Source: Iphione sp. A-MEVVRFRX5
Taxonomy: Eukaryota
NCBI GenBank assembly: GCA_976226885.1
Contig: OZ320322.1
Location: 25,482,001-25,546,000, forward strand
DNA length: 64,000 nt
Direction of reading: 5' to 3'
Position 1 is the stretch's first letter. The number at the start of each line of letters is the position of its first letter. Under the pieces are notes generated by a model. The model saw only the letters and a program-made list of their open reading frames with translations, did not search any database and was not told where the DNA came from. Both the position numbers and the translations under genes were made by a program. Shown one piece after another: positions 1 through 13,202 of the stretch.

Positions 1-1539
1 TTCTTGACATATCCAGTACATTCCAACATGAAAATAAATACATGTATCTGAAACTTGGTTGAAAGGAAATTGGGCCTAGGGTCACTTGGACAATTCGGAC
101 ACGACCAGACGGATTAAGTTTAGACCTTTCTTTGTTCGGATTAATGAGCTTCCACGGTATCTGCACTGTACACAATGTAAATCCTCCATAGAGGTAAGCC
201 TGCACGGAAAGAATCAAGAATACAAATAGACTGGGACCCGTATATGAGGTGCAGCTGATGTGACGTTTTCATTTTCGATGCGTCCTTCTGTGTTTGGTGC
301 GTTTGAACGCAAGAGGAAAAGACGGTTCAAATATCTAATAAATGTATTCACACCAAGCTACGTGATTGATACGCCCCAGCAGGTATTTCAATGCTGACTG
401 CTACTTTCCAGAAAGGCGCTTTTTATCCTTGAAAAACAAATCGTATGCATATGCAGGGCTATATATTTTTTTGCTTATTCAGGATCGAGTTATTGCAATA
501 CCGCTTATGACATAAAATGTCAAAAGCTAATGAAAATTTATGAAACTTTGGAAGTATTTACATGTGCCTTTGAGAGACTTTGAGCCAGACCAACGGTTTG
601 AAAATACAGTAACAGATGTGGCGAGCCTCAGACATGTTTTCACGCCAGGATGAATTACTGTCCTCTCGTCTGTTAGGAATTTGTACCTGTCATGAATTAT
701 CTTCTAATGGCTTCCTGTAATCCAATCCGTATATGTTCAACATCATAAGCCATGGACTGGGAGCGTTAATTAATAGAGTGAGTTTCTTTTTACACAGATT
801 TTTGTCCGTTTGAGGACCTTCTCCCATAGACACACTGACGCGCCAGTTGATTGACAATGAAGGGATGGATATTTGATTCCCTTTGTAAGTTGGACATTAA
901 TTGTCCCTAATCTAAAGCTCCAGCCATACCTCTCAGCAGATAATGAGCTTTCGCTGTATTCACTGGATAGAACACAACTAGCTATGTGGAGGTACAGCTC
1001 ATATTCAGTAAAAATCATCTCTGACGCTAAGCCGGAAAGAATGATATTAACCATTAGCCGATCGTTAGTCAGCGGATCCTGTTTTCAGTTGCATTCGAAA
1101 GATACAGTACTGAAGGAATGATAGTAAATCCACTAAAAAGATATACATCTGTGAGCTCCATGGAGAATTCAGTTTAAAATTGTGCTTAGTACACTCGAGG
1201 AAGTGAAATATATACATGTAGTTCTGACCTGATTGGCGTTGACAGTTCCATACATTTCTCGCTAAATAGGCTTATTCCGTCCAAGGTCACTGACTAAGAT
1301 GTTGACCGAATGACAGACTTGTGCCAATTAGATTTTTGCAAAGAGTGGTATAAAATAATAGGATGATTTAGGACGGTCTGCATGGCAGAAATGCCAAAAT
1401 TACTGCAGCATAAACATATTTGATTACAACCCTGCTACTGCAGATGAAGAATTTCAGGATAAGATGAATATCTCAGTACAGAGGGTGAATAACCTTTTCA
1501 GGAAATTCAATAGTCAGTTTGGAATTTACACACCAGCTA

Positions 1540-4190
1540 CGGTGTGACCAATTCGCCAATGGTCATGGTTAATGTCAACAAATAAAGCATGCGACTCATG
1601 AGCAGGGCAGTTGTCTTGATCATATTTATACCTCAGTCCAAAAGGTTGTAAGAGCTGGAGTATATGTGACTGGCAATAGCAATCATTAACCTGTGTATGT
1701 GAAGTTTACTAGTGGGAGGGAAAAATGTAAGAATGAGCCAGAATGGTCAAAGGGCCGTGTGTATGTGAACTACTCATATGAAAAATTGAGAGAGGGCATG
1801 GAAAGGTGCAACTGGGAGGTACCTGAGCCAACGGACGTGAATGAGAGATGGAACATCTGGTGGTTGAACTTTCTGTCTGTTTTGAACAATTTAGCACCAT
1901 TCTATGAGAGTGTAAGCCGGAAAAGGAATTGGGAAAAGGAATGTTAATGGTGGAAAAAAGGATAATTTCAGGCGGAAATGGAATAGGACATGCAATGTTG
2001 ATTATAAAAGGATGTTTGCTATTTATAGAAATAGGGTCAACCAAGCGGTACAAAAGGTTAAGCAAGAAAGAGCCCACCGGGAAGTGAGTGATGCACTCGG
2101 TAATGATCGAAAACTATGGGAAATTGTGAACTATCATTTGTTCAGTAAAGTAAATATAAATAAATCAATCACTTTGTGCACTGACAATGGTATTATTGAT
2201 AGCAACATGGTGCCAGACACCCTGAATAACTGGTTCATTAATGCGGTGGAAAGCCTGGCCTCAGATGCCAACTTAGTCATACCAGAAATGGCAGCACAAC
2301 CATGATAAAAAATTACCAAATTTAGGAAGGTAACAGAGACTGAGGTTGCTAGACTTATCAAACAAGTGAAAAACAGTAAACCATCAGGATTACCAGACGT
2401 TAGGTGTTCTGTCCTGAAGGATGCATTAATGTTGACTCTACACTATATCACTGAACTTTTAAATGACTCTCTGGGTGGGGGGTCTTTCCCTCGGATTGGA
2501 AATTGGCAACTATTACACCATTATTGAAAAAGGGCAGTCCATTGAAACCCGAAAACTACAGGCCTATATTGCTGTTGCCGGTACCCGATAAGATTGTCAA
2601 AAAAATAGTCTGGTGCCCGCTGTCAGAGTTTCTGGAAAATAACAATTTGTTAGGGCAGCGGCAGTTAGGATTCAGAAAGGAGAGAGGAATACAAGTAGCC
2701 TGTTGGGTAGTGTTGGAAGAGATAATGAAGCATGTTAACCAAGGGAGATATGTGAGTGCCATCTATTTGGACATGTCTAAGGCCTTTGACTTGGTCCATC
2801 ATTGCTTACTATTGGCAAGATTAAAGGAACTGGGAATAACTGGTATCCTGCTTAAGTGGTTATCCTCCTAATTAGACTCTCATCAACAGAAAGTGTTGTG
2901 TAATGGAAAATTATCTTGTTGCCAAGCTGTATGCAGAGGAGTTCCACAGCGGTCAATTTTAGGCCCCTGGTTATTCACAGTGCTGATTAACACAATCTTT
3001 GCAGTGGAGTTCCTGAGTAGAATATATCTATACGCAGATGTCATCACCGTGGTTACCCAGGGTGCCAATGGACTGAGTCTGATGAAAAAGGCTCAACACA
3101 ATTTAGACAATGTCAAGGCTTGGTGCTCAGACAATGGCCTTCTAATCAACAGAGGAAAAACAAAATACATGGTGTTGGGAAAGGAGAAAAACTAGATCTT
3201 GATCTGAGACTAGGTGGGGAAAGGATTGAAAAGGTCTGCGAGTTCAGTTTTTAGGGCACATTGGTCGATACTTGTCTTACCTTCGAACCTCTAATCCAAG
3301 CAAAAATCAAAAAGATAAAGAGAGTTTTGTTTCTTATCCAACGGGCAAGATTCTACCTGCCAAATGACCTATGGACAACCCTTTTCAAGGTATTAGTGAC
3401 TCCCCACTTTGATTATGGGTTGTTTCTGACATATGGATCAAGAAAAGGCTCGCTTAGGGATATAGAATGGTTATGGTTCAGATCTTTAAGAAATAGTGTC
3501 TTGCAGCCCTGGTCTAGTAGAGATGAGATAAGTGAGTGGCTTAGAGTGGAGAATGTACTGGGACTATGGGAAAGGAGAGAGTACCAACTGCTATTATTGG
3601 TGAATGATTTGATCTATCATTCATTCCTTGAGTTAAATTAGTCAAGAGGGACCCATAGTGGATCTGGGAAAGTCATTGCTCTTGAAAAACCCAACTCTGC
3701 ATGGCTCAAAAATAGTATTTTGTATGAAGGGATATCTCAATGGAATCTTTTTCAAGCTTCAATGAAATAAGCAGAAAGAGCGGCTTTCAAAAGTGCAATA
3801 AAAAGTTTTGTTCAGTGACAAGAAATCAATTTATGTGAGTGAATACAAATGTGATAGGGGGTACGGGCACAGGCAACTTGAGGAGAAGCAGTAAAGAGTG
3901 TCTGGTAATACGATCAACTATACAGGTAAAAGCTATTAGTTTAGGTTTATCTCAAGAACAATATTTTGTAAAGCTGTTTTCTCTTACACTAAAATGTTGA
4001 AAAGATAAGAAGAAAATGCAAGATGTATGCTGATCTTTTTTGATATATTATCCAGTGTTGGGTATAAGGCTGTACTTGTTCTTCTTAGTTCTTAAGGCAA
4101 GTTGTCCACTATGTTGAGTTGAGTTTCTTTGTAACATCAACCTGTGGTTGATTCAGAGGCTCAATAAACATTCAAATATAATATATAAAT
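1540..4190 (+). mobile_element. 5'-truncated, decayed non-LTR retrotransposon (CR1/L2-group LINE): end of AP endonuclease, linker, RT, C-terminus and 3' UTR
   Basis: Manual translation gives an APE C-terminus (QQIKHATHEQGSCLDHIYT...GNSNH*PVYV, ~1570-1705). RT motifs follow: WKLATITPLLKKG..PENYRPI, QLGFR, AIYLDMSKAFDLVHH, GVPQRSILGP, YADV, and WCSDNGLLINRGKTKYM. Stops and frameshifts are present. AATAAA and an AT-rich tail lie at ~4163-4190. Boundaries are approximate. Confidence 0.88.
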
Positions 4191-5364
4191 ATACTGCTCG
4201 GCCATACTTTAAGCACATTGTTTAAATAGAAAATTACCTGTGATAGAAATATTTTATCCATTTTACATGGTATCTGTAAACATTTCTCGAAGTGCTATAT
4301 TAACTGCTACTTTAATCTGACCGAATTAGAGAGATGAAATGACTTCAAGTTTCTGTCAAGATGGTGGTTTGTTGACACAATGTGAGTTGTAAATCTTTTA
4401 ATTTTGTAGTTTCAGGAGATTACAAGTAGAATAAGCTGGATACCATGTGAAAGTACCACTTAGATTTTATAGTTTTGATCAATGTGTAGCAAAACCACTC
4501 ACCGCTCAGAGTGGGACTGTGTACCAGCCCCTAGTGATCATGATACCACCGTAGGTATCATTTGATATCATAGTGAAAAAGTTAGACTCTCCAAATTGTG
4601 TGGCCATAAAATATGTGGGATTAGCCACAACAAAGTCTGTTTTATGTTGCTCATTCTAAATATTTTGAGCATTAAATTTTTTTTTAAGTGGTGTTTCTAT
4701 GGATCTTTCCAACATCTCTGAGTGGTAAACAAACCAGTTACAAGACGACTGTTCAATGGAGTCGTGGAAATGGTACATTCTGATTGGTGAAATATCTACA
4801 ATGACAGCACAAAAAGCAAACCATACCACGCTGCAACTGGTTGACTGACATGCCTTAAGTAGTGTCTCAGTATTTATCAGTTCTATCAACATATACAACT
4901 AACCTTCCTTTGGTTAATGTTGCCTTTAAGTAACATAATCTGGTCTACCCAGCGATTACGTCAATGTAACGGGCCACCTATTGTCTATCAAACTACAACC
5001 AGTATAATTAGCTTTTAGTCTGTTAATGGGAGGCCAAAGGAATAACAACGCACAATATTATGGCGGAGGGTAGGCTGGGAGGATACACACGGGGTGATAC
5101 AAATGTTTCAGTAGAGCAGATCCGTGAGACTCCCAGAGTGCTAATGCAGATCATGTGCAAAACAAAGTGTTTTACAAATACAAACGAGCAAAACATCTTT
5201 GCTGTTGCTTTTCATTATGCGAAGTAATCCTCTTTATAGACCCCATGCCAGGAACACTAAGAAAGGCCCGCTGAGATCCTTATAGAAGGGACCGGCTATG
5301 TACAAACACGAACACCTGATTCTGACATTGTAGACTAGATCGCCCTGGGCCAGATATATGTGTA

Positions 5365-5525
5365 CAGTGGAAAGCCATTCTAGTGACACAAAAAAAGAGG
5401 GGCATCCTTTCTATAGGGACACTTTGCGGAAGGAGAGATTATATTTTCTGCATATTGTTTCAATAGGGGAACATCTCAATTGGGAACAGATTTGAAGGGG
5501 TGTCCTGACTGGAGACTTTCAACTG
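5365..5525. mobile_element. ~160-bp MITE, Tc1/mariner-pogo-like
   Basis: Imperfect terminal inverted repeats: TA|CAGTGGAAAGCC at the left and GACTTTCAACTG|TA at the right (reverse complement CAGTTGAAAGTC). Flanked by TA on both sides. Confidence 0.55.
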
Positions 5526-7719
5526 TAGTGTAAGTATCTTCTCTAAAGGAGAGGGATAGTTTGAGAATAGCCTTAAAGAAACGTATCTTGCTTTAAGAGG
5601 TTCATGTAACTCACTCTCTGAAAATATCACCCACCACAAGGGATAAAGTTAAACAACAGGCCCCGTTTGATTATCTTAATCTTGTTTGTGATCTTCCCAG
5701 TGATTATTGAGTAATTAATCAATAAAGAAATAAATATGTCAGTTATTGTAGATCATATCATTAACCAGGATATGAGATGTCGATTTCGTAATGCAAAGGG
5801 ATAGGGCCCTTCAGACATTAGGGCGCTCTGCTGGGCCTAGTGCTCTTACCTAGCAGACTGTAAAGTACATCATTGAGGTAATGAAAGTGATCTGCAGAGG
5901 AGCAATTATCATCCTCGTTAAAGCAAAACTATCTCAATTTCAAGATGAAGACGGATTATGATGTTGGGTTTCAGGCCGTCACCAGCTAAGAACCCTTTTA
6001 TTCGAGTAGCTAGGGAAACTGGTTCCGAAAACATTGTTTTTTCTTCTCCGTAGGCCTGTCTTAATCCTTGTATTTGTCAGATCTAATTAATCTGTGACAA
6101 CCTTGGGATCATGATAGATAGAACTAGTCCCCCATTTAAAGGCAGGAGAGATGGCTTAATAAACTAGAGAAACAGTATCTTTTGAAACACACGGAAAACA
6201 TGATCTAAAATGACAAAAAATGTGGATATTAAGATTACCAAATTTAGCGATCTTCAAGCAGTGACCATGTACTAATAAGTTGTTCAAAATTTATGTAACC
6301 CTGCGATAAATCTAATTTCTTCTATCCAAGAAAAATGACAAGTACTATAAAATGTGCGTGCAATCACTGATACAGTTCATCATTGCCTTTACACAAATCT
6401 AGCTTTCAGAGTCGACATTTGTCTTTCTCTTGCCTGGTTGACTTTTCAGGAGTGTCACGACAAGGAGGGATTCTTGGTCCCAATGGATCATGTGTGCTAG
6501 GAACAAGGTAGCTGCTCGCTAAAACATATAATGGGATCCTTGCATTCAGTTTCAGTAGATGGACATTTTCACCTTGAAGGATTTTATCTAGCAGCCTGCT
6601 GACAGGACATCAACATACGGATCGAATTTAGTTTCACTAATCTTATTGTATATTGGACTCAATAATGCCTACTTTTAAAATTATCTGTGCTTCCCGTAAC
6701 ATGACTGACCCATATTCATGTTCTAATGGGGCATGTTATTCTTTCTTGTTTTGTGAATATCTTTAGCATAAGTAAAGCGAGAAATCTATAAATTACATGT
6801 ACACCATTTTGTTCTTTAGGTCACTAGCTTCCATATGATATCAGTGCCATTAAGATCCAAGCAGTAGAAATGATAGTTCCAAGATTGATAATTCTAGCCT
6901 TTTCATTGGAGAATTAGTGTGATAAAAAAATTCACCAATCTACCGACCCTATCATTTGTCAACGTAAACGGGAATACATTTACTTTTTTGCTAATTCTAA
7001 AAGCTTAGTCCTTCTAATTTCTCAGCTGGCTAAGAAACGATCTTTAGCAATTTCTACAAATGTATTATTGAAACTGTGTTGTAGTTCTCAAATTATGAAT
7101 ATATTTATGATGAACAAATGACCTCCAACAGCTTAACGCACATTCAACCAGCATGAGCCACGGCATAACATCAAACTCAACCGAGTCGTAATGAATTTAG
7201 GTTTTCCCACTAACTTTCGAGATTCGGGTCAAAGCATTATAGATGCTTAAATGTAAAAACAATAATTTATGTATGATTACAGAGGATATGTCATCATCGG
7301 GATAATTCCTGATGAAATCTGTCATATCTATGACATCGTTTCAGAGTTTACTCATTTTTCTATGGCTATATTATGACGAGGGTATTTCTTTTGAATTTGT
7401 TTCAATTCGGCTGCACAATGCTACTACTTTTTGGGTAATGTAAGTTGTATATACATTGATTTTGCACCACTCAGAATTACTAGAAAATAATGGCCTTGAC
7501 CTTGGACTAGATTCTCAACCAATCAGCATTAAGTAATATGACACCATGGCTTCCAGTTGTACCGGAAGTCAGACACTAAATTTTCACATCTCTCTTTATT
7601 TCATAGTAATTCTGAGCGGTGCAAAATCAACGTATATACTACTAATATATTTAGAGCAAGGCACTGGGTGTTGCCTGGTAATGGTGGACCCCATAGAGTG
7701 TGTGATGGTAGACCCTCCC

Positions 7720-8050
7720 AAATAGTCTATAGGGAGTCTGGAAGTACAGGGAATGTAGGTAGACGCTTCGGACCTCCCAGGGTTTGCTGGAAGTTAGTAT
7801 CATGCGTACATACTATAGATTGGTCCATGTTACATGCTTAGTATCCTATCCCTTTAGACTGGGGCCTGGATATCCAGGTCAGTTTTGACCATACAGTTAA
7901 TATCAGGGCTTTAACAGGCATGAGGGAGCATGGGGACAGAAAAGTACCAAATGTGCAACGGTATGTTTATTTAGGTACTGGAGGTCCATATTGGAAAATC
8001 TCACTACCAAGTTGAAGTGGATTCCGGACCGACTAACATGTCGAGGTATT
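7720..8050 (+). pseudogene. Possible highly decayed RNase H of a DIRS/Ngaro-type YR retrotransposon
   Basis: Across frameshifts and stops: VDASDLPGF, then W-GLDIQVSFDHTVNIRALTGMR, then KWIP. These loosely follow the DAS..GxG / W...I.V.CDN..V.AL..GR / HIPG..N..AD.LSR order of this RNase H class. By eye only. Confidence 0.25.
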
Positions 8051-8789
8051 TACTTTTGCGGGCAGATTGCGAATCAAAGTATCCATCCTAGAAAAATACA
8101 GCAACACAGATTATTTGTGCTCGACTAGGCCTTAAGAACCGGATCATCGCGGAGAACAGACCCCAATTGTGGCAAGATTTTAACACTACCGACCACATAC
8201 GTTTCGACACAGAAAGAGACACCGAAGAACCTTAGATAACAATAGAGACCAAGTTTATCAGGTCCAAAAAGCGGTCTTTTAGTTGAGAGTTTACTGTACT
8301 ATATTTCATACAAGTGGTACACAGTCCACTTTGGACTAATGTGTTTCGTCTTGTCTTAGGTCCCTTTGAGAATAGTAAAGCACTGTTCGGTAAAGACTAA
8401 ATAAAGACAAGATACTAAACAAATGAAGCCTGCAAAACTTTTTGACACCAATACTTGCAATTAGAATGACAAAATGTATATTAATGAAAGGTGAGAGATT
8501 TACATAGGTAAGCCTCAGCACTCTCTCTTTAAAATATAGCTAGGGCAAAAAAACAGATAAATACATGTATATGGGCGAGAAAGTAGCTGTGCATAACAGG
8601 TACTTCGTATTAGAAGATTTTATATGCAATGGTCCATATAATGATAGTTTAACTTACAAAAAATTTGAGCTCTTTGGACAATACTGGAGAACAATGCGAC
8701 AAAGTGTTGCACATGATATGCATTAATCCTAAATAAAACCATTTTCATTTCCTCAGGGGACGCACCAGTTTTCTTTTAGTTTCTTTCAG

Positions 8790-9545
8790 AAATATTCCTT
8801 TAGATATGAATTGAGGGACTTTTTATTGAATGATATTCCGGACTGTGCTTGGAAACAGTTATATTTGGTTTGATTGTACGTATCAGAGATATTCTCATAA
8901 TGCAATTCTATTTTTAGTACTCGGGAATTCGTAGCTGATTGTGATGCTATAGTAATGGATATGTCCTCCTAGGGATATAATTGTGTACTTTTGTAGAAGT
9001 CTAGGTGATTCAGTTGAGAAGTCCTTTGAGGCTATCCTCAGACCCTAAATAGTTCGTTTTGGAGTCTTATAGAGAGAGGACACTGGTGGTTTTTTAAATA
9101 AATCCGATGTCCTAATCCGCTATCGGGACGAAGTATGTCTTACAGTATGTCTGTGCTGCATTTTTGAGGATATGACGTCTTTCTAAGACCATCTTCATTT
9201 TCTCTTTTATAATATCAAGATTTCTGTCGGATATAAGAAGCACAGTATCATCAGCATACACGATACCATCACTGTGTATTAGGCCGTCCAATGCTGTCAA
9301 GTAGTTAGGCCTTTTTATAAAGAGCGTAACTGAGGTGGGCCCTAGGATGCTTCCTTGGGGTACTCCATCTGGTATGATTATAGTTTCTGATTTTGTACCG
9401 TTAATATTAGAAAAATTCCTTTTATTTATATGTCATAGCATTAACATCGTTCTGGAAGTCATGACCAAAGAAATAGACTATTTCCCTATCTATGTTTTTT
9501 TTATAAAGTCCACTCCAAACCACACGCCCTACCAAATCTAGAGCT
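8790..9545 (-). mobile_element. Decayed, internally deleted LINE fragment (RT domains and ORF2 C-terminus)
   Basis: The minus strand reads INGTKSETIIIPDGVPQGSILGP...GIVYADDTVLLISD in one frame (~9410-9230). It later reads KSLNSYLKEY (~8790-8820), resembling a LINE ORF2 C-terminus. Confidence 0.78.
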
Positions 9546-10431
9546 GACGTGTATGCTCCAGCCGGCAATTTGCTCTCAGTTGTAATTCTGGCTCTATCCA
9601 CCTGGAGCAGCGGTATCGGCTTAATGAGGCATTATCAGAAGTGGCTTTCTCCCAAAGCCACGCAATGTATTCCGCTCCGAATTATATTTGAATGCTCAAT
9701 GGCCACTCGCATTCTATTTGCAATTATAGCCTATCACGGAGAACAAAGAATGCAAAAAATACACTGATAGGAATGTTAGTACGGAAAAAAACTAACAATG
9801 AGCCAGATGTCAATAATCGTTTATAAAACATGGCCTTATTTTTCTCATTCTTGTCGAAAGTTGCTGCTGACCTTATAACGATGTTTACTAGAAAGATAGA
9901 TGCATCAGAAATTAGATGGAGATATTGGAATTGTTGCTGTCTTTTCTTTCGTATTGGATGGAGTACGTTGTATGTCTCTTAGATGATATTAACCTAATGA
10001 AATATGAATCGACTGGAGGAGGGACGTCACACGATATGAGACCTGCGGGAGCACGATTCTGTTCTCATTAAAAAGGAACGCTTTCTCGTTGTTCTTGATA
10101 ATCAAATATAGAACTTTTCAAATCATCTTGAATGCTGTTGGCTTCGGTTTCAGCACCTGTTAGTCCTCGTAATTTCAAATAATATAGCTGAATGAATAGA
10201 ACATCACACAGCGCCTAAAGAATGATCGAAGTTAATTTGCACGTTCATTTTTGGTACAAAGCACAATTTCCTCTTATAGCTATGTCTAGCATACTCTGAG
10301 GCCAAAGCATAATAGTAAATCAGATCAGAATTTGGCACAATTAGCGCTAGGGAGGGCTTGCGCTATAAATTGTATAATTATATGCTCTAAAAATGTTTTC
10401 ATTACAAGTGACCAGTATACATACGAAATTT

Positions 10432-10479
10432 TACCACTATATATAAGGAGGTGTATATACCACTATATATAAGGAGGTG
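10432..10479. repeat. Local tandem duplication, 22-bp unit with period 26
   Basis: TACCACTATATATAAGGAGGTG at 10432-10453 and 10458-10479. Confidence 0.9.
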
Positions 10480-13130
10480 AATATCTGATGGATAGTTCGG
10501 CCGATGTGAGCCAGAGTAATGCTTATGCGACAATCTGAATACAGAGGTTGAGTCCTGCAACAACATCTGAATCAAGATGATTTTTTTTACACATTTTGTA
10601 AATTAACATTGGACGAATTCGTTAGCGAATACAGATGGCTGTTTCTTCGCAAGGATGAACATTTCGCAAGAACAGGTTTTCCCAACGACTGACCACTGCG
10701 ACGAGCCTGCCTGAACCGTATAAATGACCGGCTGGAAATGATTGCCCGAGGTGTAGTCTATTGATTATCTAGGAAAGACCCTCAGACACGCCTGACAGAA
10801 AATCCTCTTGTAATTTCCTTCCTGTCTTCTTATATATTTCATGGAGTTCGTGCGGAGAATCCGCCCTGGCCATTTTTGTCGAGCAAAGCTGAGAGAAGCG
10901 CCCGCTTCTACTTATCCACTACGGCTTGCCAACCAACATCTTGGCAGCCATTGGGAGCAAATAAGCTAATTCTCATAAGTTAACAATTTCTTAACGTCAC
11001 CGAAGTTTATCAGATAATAATATGACTAATGGACTTGTAGGCTTAAACTCAGCAGAAACTAATGATATTAAACACCGATGAAAAAACATCATACGTATAG
11101 CTTAGGATTATGGTAAGTTAGTTGAAAAAAAATTATTTCAGATGGCAGGGTTTGTAACGAACTGGAGGAATAAGGCCTGTAACTGGACATCATCTGAGTA
11201 TGCAGGAGAATAAATCTAACACGAAAAGCAGACTGAAGAATGTTGAACTTTTATTTTCTTCTCGAATAGATTTCGGAATTCATGGTAATTTCATAATGAA
11301 ATAAATATGACCGTTACCATTGTATAAGCACATGTCAGAGTGTCTCGATCTTACAGACGGTCATTCGTTATAAAGCTCACCCTATATTGCTTCTTTTCTA
11401 CCCAACATTTATCCTCCAGATATATCTTCTACGAAAAAGCTGCCTTACCAGACATCCTTGTCCCTATACCGACGGTATGCGTTTGAATCCGGGAGAGATA
11501 GGACACTGTTCAGTACACTGCATTCTTCGAAGTTCCATTTGTGTTTTACTAGCTCTTGATTTATCTATGCTGCTCTAAAACCTCGTGGTCCATGTATCAT
11601 CCGAGTTAGTGAATATATGTCCCGTTCCGTTCGTCCATTGGAGAAAATCGATTGTCTAAATTCCGTTTTCCATTCTTTGTTCAAACGGTATGTCTTCCCA
11701 TTGTTTCCAATCCATTATTGTCTTTTTTCAGTGACTGATTTCCAATTGTTCTCGTTGTTGTAAATGGTAGCTCTGCTTTTCCTTCTGGCCCTATATATGC
11801 AAAGCCATTTGTGTTCGTCATTTCGTATCACTCTCTCACATTTCACAGATAACCAAGTCGGGATAAACCTGAAGTTAAACAGCTCGAATAATGATTCCCT
11901 TCACCAATTTAGGGGTAGCATTGTATAATGACCTGCTTCAGAACCTGGTCCAGCATCACTTAGTGTCGTTGGTTTGGCGCTTGATTAGATAAAATGACTA
12001 CGTCCTGTTCATAGTGATGAGTTTGTTTTTCCCTCATCCACCCGAAAGCTTATGTACATATATAACAAGTTGCATACACAATATGTTTTGTTCCAATATA
12101 AGTTCCAGGCAATCACCGACGAATCGATATATAAAAAATGCATGTATGATCCAGTAATGTGCTGCATTAAACTACAACTGCTAAACTACACTGATCATGT
12201 TGCAAATAATTCTCAAGATAAATGCAAGGGTAAAAACTTCTTTAGCAAGACGGATATTTACATCATTAGTATGAGTAATATATATGTTGATTCTGCACTG
12301 CTCAGAATTACTGTGAAATACTATATTTCACACTTATTTCTACGTTTATCAGCCACATTATCCTCTATGGAATATTGTTAGGATCAAATTATTTTCCAGG
12401 CAACGAATCTCTTGTAAGCTCCTGTAATTTCAAAAATTACAACTTTCCACACTGCCCTGAACTATCCTGAACCCATTTCAGCAACATGAAGTGAAATGAA
12501 CACAAACTTGTGAATACCACCATAGATAATTAAATCCTGTGGGGGAATACAGGTCAGTGTTCAGGTTTAACCCTACAGAAAATATCTGTCGTATGATACG
12601 GGTGGCCCTCGGGATGGACTAGACTTGCAAACGGGCTGAACAGAGTAATTGCATGGCTTAGGCCTCAAATACTTTAGGTCTAAGATCTCGGAGAACGTCT
12701 GCAAATATTTATAGTAGAGGTTGGTACTATTTCGTCCCTGAAGGCAAACTGCTATATGTGGAGCCAAGGGATGAATATTCACCTCATATTGCTAGTGTGA
12801 GTACATCGTTCACGTGTTACACACTGAGTAAACACTGAAGCAGATATTGGAAGCTGACCGACTCTGACCCCGCATTACGGCATGTGTGAGGAAGCCTTTG
12901 CATTGCCGGAGACACTTACTTTATCCAGGGCGTCAACTCCGTCAATCTATCACCTTGCGGGCTTCGTTCTCTTTCGATGTGTATGGTCTAAGCTGACTAA
13001 GATATCCAAAAGCCTGAGATGCATCCATCAGGACTTGGCCAACTTGAGTGCTGAGTGATGGAAGGGTTTCTGGACCGCAATCCCATCCATTGGGCTATGG
13101 GCCTGCGGTGTATGTTAACCTTCTTACATA

Positions 13131-13202
13131 GGGAGGGAGGGAGGGAGGGAGGGAGGGAGGGAGGGAGGGAGGGACGGACGGACGGACGGACGGACGGACG
13201 GA
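13131..13202. repeat. Compound microsatellite (GGGA)11(CGGA)7, followed by purine-rich low-complexity sequence to ~13500
   Basis: Read directly. It explains the PSVR/PPSL ORFs in the track. Confidence 0.97.

Noticed and set aside
770-1121. Overlapping ORFs of 94 aa (minus) and 82 aa (plus)
   Set aside because: No recognisable domain motif in any frame, and adjacent frames are closed by stops.
4500-4650. Minus-strand DFVVANPTYF...TYGGIMITR, vaguely like a periplasmic-binding-protein motif, plus a 13-nt match TGGTACACAGTCC to ~8314
   Set aside because: No polypyrimidine acceptor, an in-frame stop soon after, and similarity too short to support. The 13-mer could be chance.
11340-11820. Minus-strand frame with relatively few stops that looks like decayed coding sequence
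   Set aside because: No identifiable motif, so it cannot be assigned.
13040-13105. Minus-strand tRNA-like head with A box TAGCCCAATGG
   Set aside because: No recognisable B box or cloverleaf; at most a very decayed SINE head.
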